Part shown: positions 41,472 to 53,910 of the stretch, piece by piece | How the letters are laid out: every line of letters starts with the position of its first letter | How positions within the stretch are numbered: position 1 is the stretch's first letter | Assembly: GCA_026770705.1 (NCBI GenBank) | Contig: JANJGN010000035.1 | Location: 6,882,001-6,946,000, forward strand | Direction of reading: 5' to 3' | DNA from: Isurus oxyrinchus | Lineage: Eukaryota | DNA length: 64,000 nt | The notes under the pieces: generated by a model | Seen by the model: only the letters and a program-made list of their open reading frames with translations | Database searches by the model: none | What the model was told of the DNA's origin: nothing | Translations under genes and position numbers: made by a program

Positions 41472-43193
41472 CTGGGTACTTTGGATTTGTCCAGAATGGG
41501 GCCAACCTGATGAATGTCTTTATCCTGCAGACCAAAATCAATGATATTCAGCTCTTCTATCTTCTGAATGGCCATTAATGCCGCCGATAGTGCGGAGCAT
41601 TCCAAAGCTCTCGATGGAATCGTGTGCATTTTTTTACCTTTACCGGTACAAAAGCGTCTTTCATCAGTTTTATGTCTTCATATTCAACTAAGCTATGCGA
41701 TAGTTGTAAGAATGCCCTTTAGCTTCACAACTCTCTCATGTCATGAACGAGTCTTTTGAGATTATCTACGAGCCATCAGAGAGATGCTGTGTTGCTACAC
41801 CATGAAATGTTCCCAATATCTACTCAAGATAATTGTTTGAATTCTGAGAGGAAAGACCAATTAAAAAACGAGAAAATATTTCGAATCTGCTTTCAATACG
41901 CACGTATCCTTCATTCAGCAATTGTCCCAAAGCTCCTCGGAGCGTAGTGATTAGGCAATCCGTGAGCACAACAACAAAGTTTTGCAGATCATACTGAAAA
42001 AAGCTAGATACAACACCATGCTGAACTTTGTCTTGAATCTCCATCAAAAACAAAGAGAAAAATATCGAGTTACCGAATTCGTGACAACTGAAGCGTTCTG
42101 CTGGAAATAATACGCTTTCATTACAAAGTCCGTTGTAGGCCACAACAGCCGAATGCAGCAGTTTATTGGTAGAATATTCGGAATCATAGCAACATCTCTG
42201 CAAAACGTGCCCAAGGTAAGTGGAGAACACACGAGTGCTCGTTGTGATCATCATTGGTACTTCTTCAACTCTTTATGTTAAGTGAGACTCTAATAGGGAG
42301 GAGAGAATCAAGCAATACGTGGGGTTACAGCACATCAGGTACAATACGTCACTCTGCTCAATATGTTTGAGTGCATATGTAGCAGACCGCTCAATTCAAA
42401 AATAATGACCAAAGTATTGTTCTATCTTTTCAGGGATGAAGCTCAAGATTTCGCATGTTAGATTTATTTTTGGCTCGGCTAGTTTATCCATTTTCTAAGG
42501 CCGGCTTGTTATCAATATTTAACAACCTTTCAGCCACTCCCCATCAATGAGACAATGCAGGATGCCTGGCACTGAAGAGCAACAATCTGGATCCAAAGCT
42601 TGGCTTTGTGGGTCCTCTAATTTCTCAAAATCGGTAATATTCACGGTTTTCTCAAATAGGTTTAAATCATCGAATATAAACAGTATAATTCCATGATCTT
42701 TCCACATATACCACAACACATTTTCGAAGTGAGGGTAATGATCCAGAATCAAGGAAGCTAGGTTCGTTCTGCCATGTATTAAGTTGAATTGAGAAAGCTT
42801 GAAATGAAAGACAAATTTAATTTCTTGGTATATACTCCCTTTGGCCCAATCGTGCATTATCTTCTGAATCATTGTGTGTTTACCGTATCCTGGCGCACCA
42901 AACACCACAGTTGTTCCAGATATGTCGGTACAGGAGCATCTGCTTCTCAATAATTGATCGAGTTGTGTTTTATGTTCATTCTCGATACTTCCCTGTATCT
43001 TTAAAAGATCTTTGCCTCTGGAACTCAGTACTAGTTGGAGAAATGTATTTCTCACGTAGGGAAGCTGCGATGGATACCTCAGTGTAAATATCATCAAGGA
43101 GAGATATCCTGGGAATTTGCTTCCCTGCAGTGGCTGCGATGCGTATCTTCCTAGTTCGTTTTCGCTGATTGTCTTTATGGTGAAGCTCTGTCT
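41472..43193 (-). pseudogene. NLR NACHT exon (pre-NACHT helix, NACHT, HD1, WHD, HD2, first LRR)
   Basis: ttgttgttaccaattaaAG|..ETELHHKD...LLDDIYTEVSI, frameshift, then TTVVFGAPGYGKHTMIQKIMHDWAKG (Walker A), FVFHFK, ILFIFDDL (Walker B), *ILITSRP*, EILSF, LYLMCCNPTYC, FEIFSRFLIGLSS, ECSALS...IEELNI...LDKSKVPR|GTaatt. Confidence 0.95.
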
Positions 43194-43949
43194 CTTTAAT
43201 TGGTAACAACAATTTTATTTTCCAACCGGTCATAATTCGGGAGCAAAACATTTAATTAAACAATGCATCGAGAGGCAGCAAATATTCAAGAAAATGACAT
43301 CATTATTAAAAACTTGCAACAAACATACAAACATGCGAAAATACATTTTGCACTTAATTAAGTGGACACTATAAAACTACAATTAAAATGGATAATATAT
43401 TTGTAAATATGCGTCGATCTGCGGATGGACTATGAAGGTTACTATAAGATTTCTGTTATAATCATGAACTTGAAATGGACAAAAGCACACCAAAGAATTC
43501 TTAACGCAAAATTTCCCAAGTTAATATAGTGATAATGATCTTATTTATAATACATTATTAAATACCTAAAACTTCAAATCCGGAAGTGCATGAGGTGTAC
43601 CAGGATATCAGCATCAGCAGGCCACCTCAATCGCGCAGCATTTCCCTTACCAAATCATTTTTATGAAGCAAGCGGATCAATCTTGTTTCATTGAGCAATG
43701 TACGAGATGGACAAGAGGTGAAGCAACGATCAATCTTAAAAATGAAGTCCAAAAGTTTATAAAACAAAAATTCAGGATGACTTGCAAGCTAGACAGCGGA
43801 AAGAGAAAGTCCTTGACATAGCAAAGTGATCCTAAAAGCAATAGATCATTGAAAGCTCTGCACCCAACCATTTCTAGCACTGAATATTGCTGGACAACTC
43901 TGCAACTAATGGGAGGAGGAAACTCCAGATACATTGTAATATTCACTGA

Positions 43950-44602
43950 TGTGAGTGCACAACGAAATTAAGGCAGAAAGAAAAAAACATGGAACAATCT
44001 TCACCAGAAGGGCCATGTAGATCAACCACCTTATTCTCCTAATTAGGTCATCAAAATTCAATGTGCCAGTGTTCAACCGTTTTGCTACTCTCCACGTGAT
44101 ATCAAGCAACGGATTAATGCACTGGATACGGTAATAATAGGTGCTGACAATATTGCAACACCTGTGCTCATAAACGAGCTGAGCCTCTAGTCAAGCTGGT
44201 CCCGCACTGTTTCAAATACGCTGCTAACATATTACAGTACGTCCTCTAACCAGCAATGATGATTTTTTTCCCCGGTATAACCTGCCAAATAAAAAAAAGG
44301 CAAAGCCCATATGTTAAATGACACACCGCTTAGTCAACGCTTGACGATTAGCGAAATGGTGGAATGTTTCATCGACATTTGTATCAAACACCATTGAGAG
44401 TGGTGGTATTTTAGTTATGTTCAAATTGGGTCCCGGCAGGTCTAAAGCCCACATGAACTCATTAACGGCTTGGTATATATCTGGATAAAATAAAAGGCCA
44501 TTCAGTTGGCGAGGTGATAGTAACTAAGCTTGATCAAAAAAAGCACCTAAGGTCGAGTGCAGCTTCAAGTAACCCCAACACAACTGAAGTCAAATAAATC
44601 AG
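43950..44602 (+). mobile_element. Older LINE (second CR1/L2-group family) RT, left part
   Basis: actggatacgg...ggtgctgacaatattg...gagcctctagtcaagctg...caactgaagtcaaataaatcag matches my recalled consensus of a common shark LINE RT. It resumes at ~49111. Confidence 0.65.
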
Positions 44603-44830
44603 TGTGGACTTAATTTAAAACAGTGAGCGGCTGAGCATCTGGACTTTATTTCAAACAGAGACTGGGTGAGTATCCTGATTTCAGTAAAAGCAGAGTAGGT
44701 GAGCGTGCAGACTTCATTTTCAACATAGAGTCGGTGATGGCGTGGACTCTATTTAAAGCAATTTTGGATAAGCTTGGACGGATTTTAAAACAGAGCAGGC
44801 ACACTTCAATAAAACAGAGTGGGCAGGGCA
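44603..44830 (+). repeat. ~7 degenerate ~33-35 bp tandem repeats at the CR1 5' end
   Basis: Recurring ggact(t)(a/t)attt(a/c)aaacag(a/t)g...gtgagc. Confidence 0.7.
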
Positions 44831-47800
44831 GTTGACAGATGATTTGAATTGGTGAGCATTTTTTGTCTTTAGATTAAAATTATGATTTATAGTTAGTGTT
44901 TAGAACTCTAGTTTTATATTTTATTTTTCTGAAAAATAGCCTGCTAAGTATATTTAGATAATGGTATAAACAATTAAATGCAAGGAAGTGCAAGGAACAG
45001 GTTTATATGGGTAATTAATTAAGAACTTTAATAAAATAAGTTAGCGATGGCAGGGCTGGCATATGTTTCTGCTGCGGCATAAGGGTGCTGGTGGATACCA
45101 AAATGATCTGGAGCAACCGCATCTGAAGTTAGTATTTGCAACTTGAGGAACTTCGTATCCTAGTTAAGCAGTAGGAAAAAGAGCTGCAGACAATGGGCAA
45201 AAACAGGGAGGGGATAAGTGGCCATTGCACTTTGCTCCAGTATGTGGCCACACCTCACAGCTTAGATAATTTGAATCTAATTTGTAACCAGGGACATGAG
45301 TATGTGACTGGAGGTAAAGTGGGTATGGGGGCCCAGTTGGCAGCGTTCCAGGACCGTCAGCCCCTGAAATTGTCCAAAAGTTACGAAGTTCCTGGAAGCT
45401 GTGTGGAGGAGAGCAAGGACTGCTGGGTGGAGGAACGAACTGACCACGGCACCATGGTACAGACAGCCATACAGGTGGGGGGAGGATACATTCTGTTCTC
45501 TTCAACCGTGCGCGTGAATCCCGAAGGCTGTGTTGCCTGCCTGATGCCAGGTCTCATGTCATCTCATAAGGGCTGGAGAGGAACTGGGAGTGGGAGGGGA
45601 GGGATCTAGTTCTCGTCTTCCATGTCGGTAACAACGGCATTGAGACGACTTGAATATAGGTTCTGTAGAATGAATTTGATGAGTTGAGAGCTTAACTGGA
45701 AAGCAGAATTCCAAGGTCATAACCTTGGGATTGCTACCTGAACCATGGGCAAACTGACATTGGTGAAATAAATGAAAGACCTTAAATGCAATTCTCAATG
45801 ATTGACCTGGGAGGAAAGGGACTCCGTTCATAAGGCACTGCCATTAGTATTGGACTGGAAGGGAGCTGTTCCGCTGAGTTAGGCTTCACTTTCAACATGC
45901 TATTATCCAGTGGCCTGGCGAATAGATATATTAGGACTGTAGGGAGGGCTTTAAAATAAATTACATTTTCAGTGAGGCGGGGGTGGGAGGGGGCTGATGT
46001 GGGAGGGTGTGGGGGCGAGAGGCCCTGGAGTGGGGAAAAATATGGCTTACAGAAAAAAGTATACGTCAGTATTACCGGGCATCTAATTAGGTAATGATGT
46101 CCCGTCTTTGAAAGGAAGATATAGATTGTACAATGAAATAAAACAACAACAGCAAAAAGGGTTGGGGGGGGGGGGGGAAGTGCAAAAAAAAGGAATAATT
46201 AATTGGTCTTTACATAAATGTACCTAGTATTCGCAACAAAATCATTGAATTAATGTCACAAAGGGAGATTAACTGTTGTGATCTTATATCTATTACGGAG
46301 GTTTCGTTATAAAAAGATAAAAGATCGAAACTAAGTTTTCAGGTATATGTGGCTTTCGAAAGGGCAATCAGGAAGGAAAGGGGCTGGGGTATCATTGCTA
46401 GTACGAGAGTGATTAACTATGATAGCAATAATGGTCTTGGATCGGATGACGTGGAGTCCATACGGGTGGAGGTAAAAAAAATAACAAGGCACTGGTGGGA
46501 AAAGTCAATTGGGACCTTAACAGGGACTCTGCTGACGGACAGATAATGAATCAGGAAATAATGAGGGCATGTAAAAAGGCAGTATATTCAACATGGGTGA
46601 CCTTTATCTGCATGTTGATAGGGAAAATACATTTAGCATTGGTGGCCACGAGCCAGCATTCATAGAATCCATTCGGGATAGTTTCCTAGAACAATATTTT
46701 GTGCACCCAACCATGGATCAGGTTGTTTTGGATCTGATAATGTGCAACGAGGCAGGTTGAATAAATGATCTCAGAGTAAAAGAGCCCCTGGGAAACAATG
46801 AACATAACATGATGGAATTTATGCCTCTGATTTGGCGTGAGAAACTTAGTTAGGAAACAGATGTGCTAAAGATAAATGAGGGTATTTACAAAGAAATGAT
46901 GGAAGAGTTGGCTTGAGTGGACTTTAAAGGAGTTTAACCGAAATAGAATGTCGATGAAGAATGGTAGGCGTTTAAGGATATATTACACGATTAAAAACAA
47001 AGATGTATCCCAATGAGCAAGAATGATTGTAGGGAAGGGAATAATCATGGTTAACTAACCAATTTATCAAGAGTATCGAAGTGAGACACAAAAAAAAAAA
47101 CATACAACGTGGCAATGATCCTTGGTAAGCTAGACGATTGGGGAACGTAAAAAAAAACAACAGGAGTTGATGAAAAAAGTAGTAAAGTTAGATAAAGCAA
47201 ATGTTGTTGGTAAACTACCAAGTAATATAAAAACGGAGAGTAAGAGATTCTCTAAATAGCTAAAATAAAAGGAAGAGAAAGGCCAACGTCAATATAGGCC
47301 CTTTAGAGAATCAGGCTGTGGAATTAACAACGGGGAACTATGCTGACTCGTGAAAATAATGGGGAACCACGAAATGGCAGAGTCCTTGAATAAATGCTTT
47401 CCATCAGTCTTCATGGTAGAGGACGTTAATAGCATACCAAAAATATGATCACGACGCAACCTTGGGTGTGGGGAAGGAAACACATGAATTAAATATCTCT
47501 ACAGAAAAAAGTAGTACCGTAACGAATGGGTTTGAAGGCCCACAAGTCACACGGACCTCGTCGGTTGCATGATACATTATTAAAGGAAATAGCTGATGTG
47601 ATCCTGGATGAACTATTAGTAATCTTCCAGGAGTCTTTAGATTCTGGAAAAGTCACAGAGGGTTGAAAAACTGCCAATGCAACACCCTTATACAAAAGTA
47701 AAGGGAAAATTAAACGAGGCAACTATAGGCCAGTTAGCATAGTACCTGTCATTGGGAAAATGTTGGAGCCGATTGTAAACGGTGAAATAGCAGATCTTTT

Positions 47801-49110
47801 TGAAATTGATAATCTAATCACGCAGAGTTAGCATGGCTTCATGAATGGGATATGATGGCTGAAAAAAATACTAGAAATCATTGAGGAGGTAACAAGCCGG
47901 GTAGATTACGGGGAATTAGTAGTTGTAATATAATTTGTTTTTCAAAGGAATTTCGATAAGGTACCTCACAAAAGACAAAGTTATACTATGGTGTTGGATG
48001 AAGTGTCTTAGCATCAATAGAGGATTGACTAACTAATAGACGATACAGATTTGGGATATGGGGGGCATTTTTACAATGAGAACCTGGAACTAGTGGAGAA
48101 CCACAACGGTCAGTGGTGGGGGCACAGTTTTTTACTTTATTTTTAACAGTTTGAATGGTGTAAATTAATGTACCTTTGCCAACTTTTCGGATGATACAAA
48201 AAAAGTTGGTAAGGCAAGTGGTGAGGAGAGCACAACGTTACTCCACAGTGATATAGACAGATTAAGTGAGTGGTATAAATGTGGCAGTTGGAATATAATG
48301 TGGGAAAGTATGAAGGTAGTAACTTTAGCAGGAGGATTAGAGGATCTGAAGATTATTTAAATAGGGAAAGACTGCAGAAAGCTGTAACAGGGTGGGATTT
48401 GCAGGTCGTCGTGCATGAATCCCAAAAAGCTAGTATACAAGTTCAGCAGGGAATAGGTAAAACGAAAGGAATGTTGGTCTTTATTTCAAAGGGAATGGAT
48501 TATAATCAAAGTGAGGTCTTGATAAACTATACAAGGCACAAGTGAGACCATAGCCAGAATATTATGAACAGTTTTAGTCCCCCTATCTAAATATATATAT
48601 ATAAATATATATATAGGCTTTGGATGCATTCCAGTGAAAGCTCACTAGGCTGGTCCTGGGTATTTATCATAAGGTGAACTTCAGCCTTTTGATCCTGTAC
48701 TCATTGGAGTGTATACGAATTAAAGGCGACCTTATTAAAATTCATAAGATTCTTAGGGACTTGACAGTGTAGATGCTGACAGGCTGTTTCCCCTTGTTAG
48801 GAACTCCTGGACGAGAGTGCATAATCCCTAAATAAGGGGAAGTCCATTTTAAACGGAGATGAGGATGAAATTTTTCTCTCAGAGGATACTTAACCTGAAA
48901 AATTCTTCAGTACAGAGGCCTGTCGAGGTTGGAGTGTTACGTTTTTCATGTCTGAGATAACCAATGTTTAATTTAGTAAGGGAATCAGGGGTTACGGGGA
49001 AAGGGCGTGAATATGGAATTGAGGATTATCGGATCAGGAATTATTGAATGCTGGAACAGACTCGATGGGCCGAATGACGTACTTCTGGTGGTACATCTTA
49101 TGGTTTTACG
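44603..49110 (+). mobile_element. Near full-length CR1 LINE (5' tandem repeats, SGNH-esterase ORF1, APE-RT ORF2, 3' tail), decayed
   Basis: ORF1 from ~45047 (Cys motif, CCLP.AR, HVGNN, GLLPEP). Endonuclease from ~46205 (LYIN..SIRNKI.EL, MGDL, LDLIMCNE). RT 47500-48900. Tail gactcgatgggccgaatga...cttatggtttt. Confidence 0.92.
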
Positions 49111-49870
49111 GTTGGAAATTCCCCACTGTTGTTTGCACTTCTACCGGAACAGAAGGTTGTGTTGTTGGAGAACAATCAACTTAGACTCAGGAGGTGCATA
49201 AGGTTGTGTCACTGGCTCAGGAATCATCTGTTATGTGCCCTGTATTACAAGGTGAAAATGGAAGGTGTGCGTTAATGATTAAACATTGTTTTGTACAATT
49301 AGAACAAATAAGTACGTATTAGTTGTTCAAGCAGTCTGTTTCCATCAGCAGCAAGACTTGGATAATATTCCTTTTTGGCTGACGAGTGACAACTAACCTT
49401 TATGTTGTTTAACATCCAGGAAATGACCAGAAGATTCGACATCCAACTCTTCTTGACATTGAATGGAATTATGACCGCTGAATATTTTAATATCAACATC
49501 CTGGCTTCCCTCATTAAAGCCAATCTTTACTGCACGATCATGTAGAAACTGCGGCTAAACATGTAAGTTTCTCACCACTTGACGCCACAAAGTATGAAGG
49601 AATAACACCCACCTGTCTGGATGCTGCAGAGACAGAAATCCTTACGATGTTCGACACAAATCAGAATATAACAGCCAGCTGTATTGGAACTGGGTTGGCC
49701 CCATTGAGCATCCACTACCTCCACTATCAGAGCACTGGGTCAGCGTTCTTTATGATATACCAAATGAATTATAGCATTTCGTGAAGCCCCTTTTCACAAC
49801 ACCATCCAAACCTACGTCCACCAGAACATAGACAAGGGCAGAAGCCGCATCAGAACAGCAATCATTGCAA
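49111..49870 (+). mobile_element. Older LINE, right part including 3' region
   Basis: ggaaattccccactg...gttgtgttgttggag...ttcgacacaaatcag...ctacctccactatcagagcac...agacaagggcagaag continues the element interrupted at 44602. Confidence 0.65.
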
Positions 49871-50494
49871 GAGATGTAATGTTTTCGAGGACAGGAGTCG
49901 AGGTAGGATTTCTCGACAGTGAACTCGTCCAGACAAAATGAAATTATGTCATGCACCGGAATTATGCTGATTTTCAAGGCAATAAATTGGTGTGGAACAG
50001 TAGTTAGCACATTTCGGTGTTGATGAACAGACGTATTCGTGGACTGGTTGATGAAAAAGAACGCTCTAACCGCACTTTTTCAGCAACCCGATTTTGTGAA
50101 GAATGTTGTGTCCGTGCTGAAAGCAATACACAGTTTATTTTTTCTTATCATTGACCAGATTCTTTTGTCAATCTATCAAGACGAATGATGGCGCGAGCAC
50201 ACAGCCATACATACTGTTCTATTCTATGATACGTCTTTGGGAATAATTAACATGGTTGTGAACAACCTTGCTAGCATTTTGGAATCAGAAAATTGCGCGT
50301 CCAATTCGTATTTCAATGCTAGAGCACAGGAGCACGACAACTGTTTTTCCATGCATTACTAAGGGTGTACTGCTTGCTCGGATGTGCTGTTTTTGTTTCT
50401 TTTCGAGTCAGAGCTTAAACAGAGACTCTAATCAGAATGCAAAAAAAAAAATCATTGCAGTATTTTGAAGAACAGTTCAGCAATTATGCTCGGT

Positions 50495-50700
50495 GAACGG
50501 GCCAATATTGATCCTTCAGGTAATATTACAAAAAAGGACTATCTGGTCATTAGTTAACTGTTCTTTACGGTTTTTTGATTAACATAAATTAGCAGCAACG
50601 CTTCCTACATTACACTATTTCTTACACTTTAAAAGCTTTATTAGCTGTGGCAAACACCCTGAAATATCCGACTGTCGTGGAAAGCGACAGGTTTTCCTTT
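50495..50700 (+). mobile_element. Deu-domain SINE remnant (SacSINE1/AmnSINE-like)
   Basis: tatctggtcatta...aaattagcagcaacgcttcctacattacac...acactttaaaag.tt.attagctgt matches my recalled Deu-SINE 3' core. Confidence 0.5.
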
Positions 50701-51709
50701 ATTCGTTATAAAATTAACGATAATAAAAGGCAACAAAGTTTATATAATGGCATTATAAGACGTTAAGTTGCGTGTTCAGAACAAATGTCAAGAAAACTGA
50801 CGTTAAATGCAACATTTCTCCTAGAGGTACTGGAAATTCAATGGCTTGATTAGCACGATTTTGGCAGAATAATGCAATATTTATTACAGCACACTCGATG
50901 GCTTTTGAGTCATTTGACTTGGGGTGATGGGCTAGTCTTCAACTGAACCCAAAGGAAAGCCTGATGTATGGATATAAGAATGTCATCAGGAGCCATAAAT
51001 TAAGTTTTGGTACCAAATTGATCGCAAAAATACTTGAAATCCAGTTCAATGTGGAAGTTCGAAGATTACATCCTGCAAGTCAATTCCTAAAGAGGGAAAA
51101 TACATAAGATATATCATTGGCACCTCCTGTATCAACTGCCTTAGGGAAATTTAAAATTTTTGCTGGAGGACGAACAATTAAATTCTGGGTACGTTCTGTT
51201 GAGTCTTCAAGATTGGTCATTAATCAAACATATATTGCCTGAAATCTCAGTCCAGGTGGAAATAACCTAACATCAACAAAAAAAAAAAAATCCACGTAGT
51301 TGTATTAAAACTATATATTCTGCTATTATTTCCATTATTTAAAATATTTTTACAACACATTATCTATTCCAATTACATTATACCCCGTACAGCCTAATGG
51401 CGTTTATTCCACTCATTCCTCGTCAATGCACCATGCCTGAATCATGAAGGTAGCCTGGGTTATATACTAACATTGACATTGTTCTCAAAAATCTTTAGGT
51501 GGCACAAGTGCCAAGATGTCATTCCCTGACTGATGTGAAAATGCTTAGGACCGTATACTTGTACACATACCTTTTACAGAGATTGATGCTTCTGGATGGA
51601 AATTGCTCAAAGGTGATGGATGGTAAATAAAAAAACAATTTCATATTTAATATGAATGGAAGCACATTTCATAAAAAAGTAAGTGCTCAATTTCACCACA
51701 CAACGTCAT

Positions 51710-51881
51710 CATTCTCGTCCATTTAACTCAACATCGCGTTGGGTTCTGGCTTGTTTTTCGGATTTTCCAACAATGTTTTCCACATTGTTCTTCCTCCAGC
51801 ATTTCCTTTTTCCAACAGCGTGTCGGCAAGCAATCGGGATGCATCATGTCTGCAATGATCTTCAGCCAATTTGCTGATTTC
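51710..51881 (-). pseudogene. NLR N-terminal death-fold (CARD-like) exon
   Basis: ttcttaatttattAG|EISKLAEDHCRHDASRLLADTLLEK, frameshift, GGRTMWKTLLENPKNKPEPNAMLS*MDEN. Resembles the shark NLR motif K.TELAE.G....SSKLLL.LVMEKGS.ARRVMWESFV....PKL..IL.EI. Confidence 0.75.
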
Positions 51882-52189
51882 CTAATAAATTAAGAATAAT
51901 GATGACATTGAGATAGTGTGCTACAAATGCATTGTCATATTCGCTAAAATAAATTGAAAAAGAAAATAAATGCCTTCCTTCACTGCTACATTGAATTCAA
52001 CTTAAAGGCAAAATGTAAATAATGTTCTTTCACATATATATTGTGTTCCAAAAACATGAGTCAGGATGGCAGAGACGCCAAAGTTCATTTCATCACATGA
52101 TTGAGCAGAATGCTGAACAGCTTTTGTTGCCTGCCATTGGCGTGTATTGAAAGAATTGGAAAGTTGATGCGGAACTGGTTTGATCGTGT

Positions 52190-53420
52190 TGCCCTGTTAC
52201 AATTAAGGCATAAGGAAGGTGGCAAAGGGAAACCAGCGTTTATAGACTAGTTAACGGAACATCTGTTGCTAGAAAATTCCTGGTGCAGATAGTGAAAGTA
52301 AGGGTGGCTAACTGCCTTGTGATTTATTACCTAACCTGCTATTTTCAATATACATTTCTAAAGGTTAGCTCATGCCTAATGTTATTTCGAAATAGATGAA
52401 TATATCATAATTTTTAAAGTTTTTCGGAATGCATTTGAACAAATTCCTCCAAAGGATTATGATACTGATGAAAATCTATTGAGTTATAAGATGAGTTGTC
52501 TGAAGGGAAGGACAAGTTGGTTGGCATAATTATCAGGTACTGTACTTGGCAGGATTGGACTGGCGTTGTGCCACAAGGGTTCCTTTTGATGTCGCAATAT
52601 CCCATGTCTGCATTAATGGCTTAGATGGTGCTATAGAAAACCAGGTATATTGAATTTCTGATAATGCAAATGAGGTAGTATTGAAAAAAATGTTTATGAA
52701 ACCTCTGATCGCCAAGATGTACTGTTAGATTAAGTGATTGGCGAAATATGTGGTAAACCGGTTTCCAATTTGGCTAATGTGAGATCATGAATTTCTTACA
52801 AATCCACTAAATAGAATGTTTTATAAATATTTTGAAAATATTAGCAAATCACCTTGGGTATTGCTGCAGAGATTGTGCACTGAGCACGTGGAGACAATAC
52901 AGGATAAATGAATGGTGTTCTGAGCTTTAACGCTATCAGAGTATTAAACAAGGGACTAAATATATATTCCCTAGCGAGAAAAGCCTGGTCGAATCAAATT
53001 TCGTATAACGTGAGCAGTTCTGTGTACCTCTACTTATTAAACATCCATCAGATTTGGTGCAAATGAGGCATATATTGAATTGAACTTCTAACGCAAGTAT
53101 TAAGCTAAAAGGATAAACTGCACGAACGATGATCCTTTCCCTGAAATTTAGAAATATAAGGAGTGGTGTGATCGAAGTGTTCAAGAAATTTACTATAAAC
53201 AGTAGGGAAGAGCCTAATAACGTTTTGTGCTAGTTCAGGGCAATTGAAATTGGAAGCGTAATCTAAACATTGCATTAGAATTTACTGGGTTGAAGAAGGA
53301 AACAGGCATTTCTGCAATGCGTAGGAGAAACGTGGAACACTCTAACACAAACGTAGTTGATGTGAAATCACTTATTAATTTCAAAACTGAAACTGATGTT
53401 TGAACGGATATTTCCATGAT
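52190..53420 (+). mobile_element. Highly decayed CR1 RT / 3' fragment
   Basis: gggaaaccagcgtttatagactagtta, ggcgttgtgccacaagggttc and a CR1-like 3' region. Confidence 0.65.
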
Positions 53421-53659
53421 GAGGGATTGCATCTAAAATATTGGGCTGCAGAACCTCGGGTTGCTTACTGTGAAACACTTTGTCACGTAAGTTCCACACT
53501 TCTGAGCGTCAGATTTGGGAGATACACCAGAGATTCACTGAGACCTCCTTCTGACACGTTCCAAGGCAAGGGTTTGCACCGCAATTGCCCAGAAGTGTTA
53601 ACTTCCTCTGGAAAAAAAAAATAATTAAAACCTCTTCTAACTTCTGGTAACTATTGTAA

Positions 53660-53910
53660 GAACATAGGCCGGCCACAAACTACACCCCGCCTCACGGGAG
53701 TCCCCCCATAACCCACAACATCCGACAACCACAGGTCCATCCCGTCCCCCATATCTAATCGCACCACCCCCTCCACCGACATGGAAGAAGCTGCCCCCAG
53801 GTCTTGACGACCACACACCCCTCCACCCACCTCGAACACTGCCACGACCATCAGACCTCGGGAACGCCCCAAATACATACATTCGGAACACACCGGCCCA
53901 CCACAGCCTT
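53660..53910 (+). repeat. Short orphan copy of the C/A-rich degenerate repeat
   Basis: actacacccc, atccgacaacc, ccaccgaca and gaccacacacc, with the same skew as the large satellite. Confidence 0.55.

Larger units (their letters stand above)
22170..51881 (-). pseudogene. NLR-family pseudogene (death-fold + NACHT + RI-type LRR; chondrichthyan NLRC3/NLRP3-like expansion)
   Basis: Exons in the expected order on the minus strand: death-fold exon ~51710-51881, NACHT exon 41472-43193, LRR exons 22965-23051 and ~22499-22693, terminal exon ~22170-22259. Multiple stops, frameshifts and mutated splice sites. Confidence 0.9.

Noticed and set aside
42519-43097. 192-aa ORF as an intact stand-alone NTPase gene
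   Set aside because: It is one frame-fragment of the frameshifted, stop-containing NACHT exon.
44603-44830. CRISPR-like repeat array
   Set aside because: These are adjacent degenerate repeats without unique spacers, with no cas genes and a eukaryotic LINE 5' context.
52020-52160. First half of the NLR death-fold domain (GVSAILT)
   Set aside because: The match is too short, splice sites are not identifiable, and it lies next to a decayed CR1.
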